This document shows positions 53,479 to 64,000 of a DNA stretch of 64,000 nucleotides, one piece after another (position 1 is the stretch's first letter; each line of letters starts with the position of its first letter). The stretch is taken from assembly GCF_964355755.1 (NCBI RefSeq), contig NC_092672.1, positions 20,907,237 to 20,971,236 on the forward strand, read 5' to 3'. Under the pieces are notes generated by a model. The model was not told the DNA's origin. It worked only from the letters and a program-made list of their open reading frames with translations, and made no database searches. Position numbers and translations under genes: made by a program. This DNA comes from Antedon mediterranea. Its lineage: Eukaryota; Animalia; Echinodermata.

Positions 53479-54942
53479 TCTATATATAAATTTACGTAAG
53501 GGCAAAATTCGGTAAATCGCGCCTTACTTCTATAATTTTTACTCGATGGTATATAAAGTTGGTTTGTACTTTCGGTACTGATTTTAACCACCTGATCTAA
53601 CCCTGTTTACTAATTAAATTGAGTTAGATAATTAGTTATTGACGATTAAAACGAATTTAGGTTCAACGATTTGCCCCAAATAGGGGTGTTTTCCGATCGT
53701 GGTATACACTGTCTAATGGATGTCCAACTTGAAAAATACCCGCACACAATAATACGAGGACGCTTCGCATTTTCCTATCTCCTCCTACGATAATTGTTTT
53801 TAATAGCTGAAAACCGGTTGAACTGCTCGAATACAGCATCATAATGTTGAAGACAGGCCGATTTTCTTTAAAAAATACTATTTTGATAGATTTAATTTAC
53901 GTTTTTACAAATGTATTGATTTGCGATGAATGGAACATTCCAAGCTCTCAGTCTTCCAGTTTGGTTTAACACAAGTAGATAAATTTATGAGCCCTTGGAG
54001 AATAAACTTGCAATACTTTGACAATACAGTACTGCAAATACCTATTAACCATTTTTGGTCGTCATTTGAATCGAACATTTCTTACTGTGAATAGATGTAA
54101 ACAAGAAATAAATAAAAAAACGCTGCTCGCTTATTGAAAAATATTTTTTATTTCAAATGTTTTTGAATGTGTCATTTTATTGTCACATAATAGTTATTTC
54201 ACCTGAAAAAATGTAATTTAAAGCAACAAATACTTAAATTGTCTGTCAGACAATGGTTTTGGGTTTCTTTTCTTTTTTTATATGTGAATAAATATTATTT
54301 TTTGTTACAGAAGTGAATACTCAATTTCTGTCACTTTAGTTAATTTTATTGCTAAGGTCAAGTCACTTCATCACCCTAGATATTTCAATTGTGAAATATC
54401 CTATTACAAACACAAACTTTAATGGACTGTTTTGATAATAATTCAATGAATATCTGACAGTAAATATACCAGAAATGCTTAGGGATCGACTATGACAGTG
54501 ACAGTTTTAACAAAGTATTAATTCGCCAATGTTTTACTATATTTAGTCACCGTTAGTGGTATATTATTTATAGGCCTATAAAAAATGAAAACAATATTTC
54601 GTTACTGACGTGGATAAAGAATATATTTAGAAAATGTTCCTCTTTGTACCTATCCTCTTTCCCATCCCTCAACCCTAATTGGATTTCTTTAAATGAATAA
54701 ACAATTTGGACTCATTTTGTGGTAAGTTTCTCTTTCGGAAGTAATTCCCAGGGTGCTAATTTTGGTTGACTACATAAATCATTGTGTCTACTTATTCATT
54801 TCTGTAAACGACAATGTATTATAGTCCTGCGGTACGTGCATTTGAAATCGCCAGATTTTTTACCCTGAAATTACTGTGTATTCGAGAACCATCTGTGGGC
54901 ACGACCTAGATGGTACGCGAGCGAAGTGAGCGTACCATCTAG
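53479..54942 (+). mobile_element. Non-autonomous Helitron (subfamily 1, copy 2)
   Basis: A|TC...hairpin CTAG|T; middle (~54095-54480) differs from copies 1 and 3. Confidence 0.9.
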
Positions 54943-55367
54943 TTCTAATAATTATTGATCCATAATTTCCCCTATGTTTCATAATTTTTTTTATTTTATT
55001 GTGCTACAATAAAGGAAAAATAAACGGTGTGGTAAAAAATATTACCAGATGACTAAATATATGTAATATAATAACGTTTACGTTTCTGGTGTTTTTATGC
55101 AATTTCAAATTTTTATTTTTGTGCTGTAGTTTAGTAAAACTAAATTTATCTTACCGGTTCCACCCTTTAAGAGAGAAAGGTCCTACTTCCCTTCCCTTGT
55201 AGTAGAGCACCATATCAAGAATGTTAAATAACGGGCAAGAGATGTAAATACTAAAATTGCTTGTTACAAACACTTTATTCACAGTACACATATGGCTAAA
55301 TGCATATACAGTATAACAATATTACTATAAGCCCAATAGTATACAGCCACATATGTAAGGAAAACTA

Positions 55368-58189
55368 GCTCCAGCTTGATATTTGTGCCAAAATAGATTT
55401 TATTGGCTAACTTTGTTATTCTTGAGTTGCTGAATTCAAAAAAATTAGGTGCCATTTTTTTCGACCACTTCTTCAGCCGCCATTTTGTATTTCAAAATGG
55501 CCGACATTCCACACTAAACTTTGTCATCCATGGTACCATCGGAAAGGGAATGTAATACTGATCATTTTATCCCATTACATCTATATAAAAAAATGCATAG
55601 TTACATAGTTATTTAACAATAAAACAAGTCACGTGACCAATAAAGGTCAAAAGGTCAACATTTTAATTTTCTCAAATACTTACTGTTTGGTATCGTAAGA
55701 TAGCTTTTTTTATTCTGAATACAGTTTTACTAATATCTATTCGATTTTCCTTTGTTTTTTGTCATAATTTTCCAATTATGTAAATAAACTGTTTTTAAAT
55801 GTACAATAAAAAAGGTCTCCTTCGTATTAAGATAAATACGGTTTTTCTTATTGGTTTTACAATTCATTCAAATGTTAGTAACATTTATCTGGTTATAATA
55901 ACAATTTCAGTGTGTGAAAATACTTTAATATAAGTTTAGTTTAACTATCAAGGTCCTCGATATGCCCGGTTTTCGCATTGCAAGTAAAAAACAAGATCAA
56001 ACAACCATTGCTTTGCAGGTAAATTAGTTGCAACGCAAACATGATCTTGGAGGTAAAGTAATTGATTTTAGTACCTTTATTTGAGCAAGTTCATACAACT
56101 ACTACGGCAGAAACGTAACTTTGGAAAGTAATTTAGATTTCTCTTAATTCTGCTAGTTAATGTAGTTTTATTTATAACTATATCCAGTGCAGTGGCATCT
56201 ATGTTTTTTTTTCAAACATGGTTTTCTGCCAATAGCATGGTTGCATGTTGTAAGCATAGGCCTATATATATAAAGTAAATCGATAAAAAACTTGTTTCTT
56301 ATTTAAAATAATTTATATACATATTCTTATATTATATATATTGGATATTTGTGTGACCATAAAGGAAAGATAGAAAACAGCTCATCTATACTGTGTATAA
56401 GTAGTCGAATAATCTTCCACCGTTTCAGATGATAACATAATTATTGAATATACAATTAAATCGGTGGCATATGCTCATACTCATTAAGGATCAAATACTA
56501 ACAACAAACGGATACAATGGGATCATGCCCAAGAACAATAAAATAATAATAATTCAAAACGCATCGATGACTGAAAAGCCGATTCCATCCCCTACCGGTG
56601 TGTGGTCGCACTTCACTCTTTAAAAAAACCCCCACTGCATTTTTGATAAATATAACTGAGACATGCAGTAAAAGTAACAAAATTAAAATACAAATTTATA
56701 AAAGGGAATTCAATAACATAAATCGTTACATACGGTACATATTTATAAAGTGTCTGTAGTTAAAAGATTTCGTTTTTCTCAAACTAATTTGAATATTATT
56801 GCTGGAAAGTAGATATTGCTTCCCTTTTTCCCGATAAATTCTTAAAGTTAAGTTACCACAAACAAGTATAGTTTGATTAATTATTCTATGTGACTTTTGA
56901 TGATAACAACGTATAGTTAAGATTTATATTGCGATAATCACAAACCATACGTAAAAATCAAAGGGAATTTTTGGACGTTAAAAATACCGTAATTCGTTTC
57001 TCTACAATATCGATTGGTAGTTTGTAAAGGTAGTAAAGGCAGCAGTAGGACACTTACTTTTCTTTATTACGTGTAAACTGACGTTCAAAGAGAAAGGGAA
57101 AGACATGCCAATTAACATTTGCATTGTGCACAATGGCTTTATATTGTGTGGTACCCGCTTTGACAAAAATGCAAATGATTTTGAACGCTACGCAAATGAT
57201 ACCGTGACCCGTAGCATTTTTTTTTTTTTTTACGAAAAACAGAAATGTAAACTACCTAAAAAAAAAAAATAGATTCAGAATTTAAAAAGCTATCCAACGA
57301 AACAAAGCAAAGATGTGCTTTGACAACAGTTTATTTCACCTTTGTTCACGGACAATAGTTATTTTGATTTTAAATTAAATAACTCGGAAACTTGACATTG
57401 AAGTTAAGTGTAATCCAGTACCGTACGGTACTTATTCAGTATTTGGATAATATATAATATAAAACATATAAATGAACAATGACAAAGTCGAAAGAAAATC
57501 AAACAAACATTTGAATGAATGGTAAATCCAATAAGTAAAACCGTATTTATCTTAATAATTATGAAGGAGACTACTTTTTTCATTGTTAAAATGAGTATAG
57601 CGAGGCATTTAATGAATAGGCAAACTGCCTTAAAATGTGATATGTTTCGAGAAACTATTCTCATCATCAGAAGAACAGAAAACAACGCCTAAAGTACTTA
57701 TATACCAATAGGACAGGTATGTAAATAAGGATTAGCATGATAAAACAACAAGGAACATTTAAAACAATTTATTTACATTTTTGGAAAATTATGACAATAA
57801 ACAAAGTAAAATAGAATAGATATTAGTAAAACTGTATTCAGAATAAAAAGATCTATCCAACGATACCAAACAGTACAGTATTTTGGTGAAATTGCCTTTT
57901 AACCTTTTGACCTTTATTGATCACGTGATTTGTTTAATTTCGCAATTACTATGTAACTATGCATTTATTGATATGGGTGTAATGGAATAAAATAATCAGT
58001 ATTACATTCCCTTACCAATGATACCATGGATGACCAGCTTTAGTGTGGAACGTCGGCCATTTTGAAATACAAAATTGCGGCTGAAGGAGTGGTCGAAAAA
58101 AATGGCACCTAACTTTTTTGGATTCAGCATCTCAAGAATAACAAAGTTAGCTAAAAAAATCTATTTTGGCACAAATATCGAACTGGAAG
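55368..58189. mobile_element. Long-TIR (~430 bp) non-autonomous DNA transposon, unclassified
   Basis: 55368-55800 is the reverse complement of 57760-58189 (e.g. gatatttgtgccaaaatagatttt / aaaatctattttggcacaaatatc; caaaatggccgac / gtcggccattttg); no clear TSD or transposase. Confidence 0.85.
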
Positions 58190-58864
58190 ACATAATAACC
58201 CGTACTACAACGACTAGCAAACCTTTAACATGTGGCTTACCTTTCATTGGTCATGCTTTTTAACAACCTACCTTCAACCCCTGCGTTAGCGGCTGCGGTA
58301 ACACTAACCCAGCGAATGCTATGCAGTCCAAATATACTCATTGTACCCACAGCATAAAATATCCTTAAACAGCACGGCAGCGTGAATAGGACATCTTTCT
58401 AGCATGTGGCTACTAGTTGATTTCACTGACTAAATAGTGCTAATGTGGTTCCATGCCTTCTACTCTCTATATCAGCATGTATAAAGACCTAGACCCAGGT
58501 ATCTGTGTCCAACAATAGTGTCCAACCACCAATAGTTCTTGATAGTTCAAACACTGAATTATTTAATATTTTAAATGATCTAAAATTTACACTATGTAGT
58601 ATTTTTGTAAAAAATTAATAAAATATGAACTTAATGTTGATTTTCCTTTTACCTAACCTTGTATTATTTTAGGTAAATACAGAATTTCATTTACAGTATT
58701 GTTGTACAAAACTATGGAACAATCAAGTCCTTCTGTTTCTGAATTATTTCTTGTAGATGTTAAATCTTTGATTAGTTTTACACCTTTTCACCTTCTGTCA
58801 ATTATTTAAGAATTACTGACATTCAGTGATTGAAGTTTCTCCTTCATCTAATGTTCAAGCAGTA

Positions 58865-59953
58865 TCTATATATAAATTTACGTAAGGGCAAAATTCGGTA
58901 AATCGCGCGTTACTTCTAGAATGTTTACTCGATGGTATATAAAGTTGGTTCGTACTTTCGGTACTGATTTTAACCACCTGATGTAACCCTGTTTACTAAT
59001 TAAATTGAGTTAGATAATTAGTTATTGGCAATTAAAACGAATTTAGGTTCAACGATTTGCCCCAAATAGGGGTGTTTTCCGATCGTGGTATACACTGTCT
59101 AATGCATGTCCATCGTGAAAAATACCCGCATACAATAATACGAGGATGCTTCGCATTTTCCTATCTCCTCCTACGATAACTGTTTTTAATGGCTGAAAAC
59201 CGGTTGAACAGCTCGAGTACAGCATCATAATGTTGAAGACAGGCCGATTTTCTTTAAAAAAATACTATTTTGATAGATTTAATATACGTTTATACAAATG
59301 TATTGATTTGCAATGATTGGAACATTCCAAATTATTTCGTTTAACCATACTTGCATACCTCCATGGTTTAACACAAGTAGGTAAATTTATAGACCCTTGG
59401 AGAATAAACAGAAATAGTATTGTAATTCTATACAATACTGCAAATAGGTATTAACCACTTTTGATCGCCATTTGAATCAAAAGTGTGTTGGTATACTGTT
59501 AGATATAATATAAACAAATATACTAATAAACGTTATCACTGTGAGTGTGTGGGTAGCCCCTACTTTTAGATTATAAACACATAATAATATAATACTTTAT
59601 TACTGTCAGTTGTTTCTCAACGTTTGTTTTAATTAATAATTACAAAAATATTAACGTATTAGTGGTCTTTAAATGTACTTCACTATTTCAAACGACCATG
59701 AGACAGTGACAGTTTTAATAAAGTATTAAATCGGAAATGTTTTACTCTATTTAGTGGTATATTATTTATAGGCCTATAAAAAAAATATTTCGTTACTGAG
59801 TGGATATAAAAGAAATATAAAGAATAATTTAATATAAAGAATATATTAAAAAATTGTTCCTCTTTGTACCTCATCCCCAACGCTCAACTCTAATGACAAG
59901 TTTCTAGGTGCTAATTTTGGTTGACTACATAAATCATTGTGTCTATCATCTAG
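58865..59953 (+). mobile_element. Non-autonomous Helitron (subfamily 1, copy 3; hairpin deleted)
   Basis: Same 5' end; 3' end keeps only catctag|t after deletion of the subterminal region. Confidence 0.88.
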
Positions 59954-60767
59954 TTGTTATAATGTTTTTTTATTGAGAATTGTCCTATAATTTCACACAT
60001 CAAATAATTATTATTATTATTTGAAATCAAAATAAAATGTACATTGACTTAGGAATGTATTTAATAATTGCCCTGATTTAATGCACAACTATTAATTTAG
60101 ATTGTATACTGGCTTTTTCTTTTTATCCAAATGTACATATGAAAAACATAAGCACTCATTTTGAGGGCTTGTGATGAGTTGAAAATCAAATAACAATATT
60201 ATCAAGTTAAAGTTCAATACAATTTTTTTCGTAATGGTCAAATGAATACAAAACAGAAAATATATTTAGGTTACATTAATTTGTTTAAAAAGTAGCATGA
60301 AAACATAAAATAAATTACATGAATAAATAACTATACAGGAACCAAAACTTAAAATAAATAAATAAAATCAACAGAAATATAGACAATAGCATATTTAGTT
60401 ATCAGAAAAGTAGTTGGAGAGGTAATGATTTTCAATTATTATATAAAAGTTTTTCTAATTAGAAACAATGGTTAAATCAAGACTATTCCACTTGTATTTG
60501 GGTTAAAACATCAATTTTTTGGTTAAAATAATTTCCAAATTCTGCAATCCTCCAAAAAACATAGCAAAACTCATTTAAACAACTTAAAAATGATTGAATC
60601 AGTAGTGTACAACTCATATCAGTTAACAAATTTAAATATATTTTTGTTAAATACTTAATTTTGTGGTTAAGCATTATTTTTTGGTTTAAAAAATAATTGC
60701 TAAACCTTTCACCCTCGGATTAGAGGGTGCGTAATTACCAGCCCAAACAATATTACAGTACTGTGTC

Positions 60768-63700
60768 AATCAATGAATTCTACTACAAATAGAAATATGT
60801 TGCAAATGCAATATTGTGGGCATGCAATGCATGGTGGTGGGACATTTACTCAAGGAAATAGTAGGAGGAGGGGGAGGGTTGTTTAATCCAAATGATTTTT
60901 CATGGGCGAGTTTATTCGTGGGGAATTATTCAAAAGAGGGTGTTTAATCAAATTGTCATCTATGTACCCTACCAGGTCCTCATCTCTGAAACCTATCAGC
61001 ACCACAACCACACAGGTTTAGTACATTTTCTAGTAAAACGACCCAGCGAATTGGCATTTGATATGGAACACAATCTAAAATGTTTGTCACCGAAGTTGAG
61101 CTTGAGTGACAGTCGATACTGAAACACACATGGAATTTGATTTAGTGATTTGAATAAAATAAATTTAATTAATTTCAAACAATGACAATTTATTTAATTT
61201 ATTTAAAAATTGATATTAAAATATAAAGCATTTTGTTCATTTAATCTGGGGATGGTAATGGGGTAAAAAATAAATAATAATTTAAGTATAAGCTAGTAAA
61301 ATAGTTTGTTTAGCATAATTGCTATCGAAGTTTACTCAATAATATAGTTCTACTGTTACCACTATTACATTCTTGAATGATTAATTAACACCAAACATGT
61401 TGAGTGCTTTCTGCCTTTTTAGCTTACATACATTTTGCCATTTTGGTGCTTAATATCAGGTGAATAGTGGTAAAGTTGGCACCACCTGCAGTTGATTGAA
61501 AGTATCAGTTAAATGTTCTTGATTTTAATTTCCAGGGCATAGACCTATAATCATTGATACAACCGAAGTATCATAACCCTTATCTATCTTATCTAGTTTG
61601 TTAACTCTTCTCAAAATGAATTCACAAGGTTCTTCTAGATAGTGTAGTGTTTTTTCGTTTGTTTTTCTGATCACTTGCCTAATTTCAGGTCTTGAAATTT
61701 AAAAATGAATATTTGGTTGAAATAAATGAAAAAATTATGAAAATGAGAGCCTCTGTTTAGGCTGTACACTTTTATGTTTCAAACAGTATAGTTGTAAAAC
61801 AAAATGTTAATGATAATGGTTTATTACATTTTATAGACTTGTTATTATGGCTACGTATGGCTGTGTATGGCTGTGTATTAATTATATAAACAGTTTAATT
61901 TTCTATTAATACCAAACATGTTGGATAATCATTTGACTAATATCAAAATAAGTTTATTGTTTAATAATATTTTGCTTTTATAAATAATCATAGTTATACT
62001 AAATAAAATACCAAAAAGTAATGAATTTATTATTTAAAGTATTTATTATTCTAATGCACAACAGAAATTAGTTTTGCTTATTATTAGTCTGTGAATATTT
62101 TAGTTTCTTTTTAACAATAGTTAATTCTTGTTTATATTGTTTTAAAAGTATTTGTACTAAAAAATATTAGTTTAATATGTAGTATTTTTAATGATTTAAT
62201 TAACACAGTAGGCTGTGAATCATTTTAGTTGTATGCCTAATTACTGTAATAATATCACAAATTGTTCAATATTATCTTATAGTTTAAAAAGTATACTAAA
62301 ATTTAAGAAATTAAGACTCTTTGTACACATTTTGTACATCATTGATTTTTTATACCATTTCCACCGCATTTTCGTTCTTTGAAATACCCATGTTTATACT
62401 GTTATATACATTAATATTTTTCTTTTTTTAGTAAGTGCCCTCTATATTTTGATATTTTCCAAAAATGTTATAGTGCATGCTATTAGTGTGGACATACTAT
62501 CATAAAACCTCTCAATATTTCATTTGCTCAAGTTGAGATGTCATACTTTAATTCATCGTTCACATCAGCAGTTGGTTGAATGTAATGTTTAAATATTATC
62601 TACTCAACAAAAATATGTTCCATTTGTATAATGTACAGTAAGCATTAATAAACTTTACATTATTTTTTCTTTGCGTATCTAAATACCCTATAAAGTATGA
62701 ATACACATGTGGTTGATAACCATAATAAAATAAAATATAGATAAATTGGCCAGACAAATTGGTACGCATACTGGCCCACATCTTTCTGTTTCACTACATT
62801 ATACTGGTACTGCCAGTAACTGCTGCTGCTAATAACTTGATCAATTCCAATAATTCAGACAACAATGAATATAAAAAAAAATTTCTTTTACCATAAAAAA
62901 GACTTTCTGAGATAACAGTTTTAATTATTGTTCTTTCTTCATTAAATGATATTTTCTAAATTGATATTCTATTTAATAATTTAAGAAATAAAGATTTATT
63001 ATCAATTATTTTTGTTTAAAAATCAGTCGTAAACATTTTGTGTAACATAAATATAGTTTGAATTACTATAGACAATAGTACTATGCATATTCTGAGTGGC
63101 ATTACTCCCTAAGGTTGGAGTGACCCACTCATACCCACAAACATTTCAGTGAACAAAACATATATAATTTTCCATGAGCCTTCATCGTACAACAGCCGCC
63201 GACAAACGTACTCACTAATCAAACAATTGTCATCTACACACCCCATTCGGCAAAAATATTTGAACATTATTGATATACCTGATAGTATTATACTCGACCT
63301 CTACGTTGAAAGCTGCATAGATATCTCAAAAACTCTCTGTGTACATACCCAGTTTGAGTTTACAAATTACCATTTAGACTTTATTCCCAGACTTGTTTTG
63401 AGGTATCCACATGCCCAGTCCATGGAGGTAAAAAATAAGTTTTTTTTTACCTCCATTCCCTCTCCATGTTTCCAAATACACATTTTTCAGCCTGAGTAAA
63501 CTTGAAACATGTTTTCCGCCTTAGTAAACTATAAGCTTCCCCATGGTAAATGTTTCCCAAGACTTTCGTCCTTTTGAATAACTGCCTAAAGGTGTGGCGC
63601 GAAAATTATTGTTTACTTTTTGAAAATTAACTTTTTTATTTTTTTTATTTACTGAAGTATAAAAAATGATGATGGAATAAGCATATAATTATGGAAGATA

Positions 63701-64000
63701 AAGCACTTTATTTGTTTATTGGTATACTCCTGGTGAGCATGGTCTACTAGGAAAGTTTTAGCCACAGTGAATATTATTCACATCCTTTACACAATGTATC
63801 ATTCCACTGTTTGTCTTCAGTGTTCATCAAAATAATATATTAATATTTATTAGCTTGTTATAAAATCATTAGTTGTAGGATTTATATAGATACTTTTTAG
63901 TTCAATCTGTTTTAAATGTCGGTATATATACATGTGAATAAATAATGTTTATTTCTTGTTATAATTACTGTATAATGATTTATTTCAAGAGATTTATTTT
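60768..64000 (+). repeat. Exon+intron cassette, unit 3 (runs off the window)
   Basis: Colinear with 42118-46060 minus the family C MITE and two 60-bp units. Confidence 0.93.

Noticed and set aside
55198-58553. Solo LTR (TG...CA) split by the long-TIR element
   Set aside because: Only a short inverted match (tatcaagaa/ttcttgata); no TSD, PBS or PPT support.
44629-62781. Thrice-repeated 61-aa ORF MWASMRTNLSG... (44629, 49308, 62596; minus) as a small gene family
   Set aside because: GTG start, no domain; conservation is explained by the cassette duplication. The same applies to the ORFs at 47568/52033.

Overview
AT-rich metazoan genomic DNA: spliceosomal introns and eukaryotic transposons, no prokaryotic gene organisation. 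TAGGCCTA-rich tracts suggest a marine invertebrate such as an echinoderm (inference only). The window holds the 5' part of one + strand multi-exon ankyrin-repeat gene. It has an ATG exon (15617), a 75-nt exon and four phase-0 exons of one ANK repeat each (three intact 99-nt exons, one broken), and it runs off the right end. The ANK exons sit in tandemly duplicated exon+intron cassettes whose intronic blocks are far more similar to each other than the exons are. The introns are full of non-autonomous TEs (hAT, Harbinger, Kolobok-like, CACTA-like, MULE-like, Helitron/HINE, Tx1/CR1/Rex LINE fragments, a tRNA-SINE) and minisatellites. Paralog comparisons show TA->TAGGCCTA and TA->TAC(A/T)GTA expansions that look like transposon excision footprints and may explain the dense TAGGCCTA/TAGCCTA tracts. 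Almost all ORFs in the supplied track are spurious. All identities are hand estimates; no searches were run.
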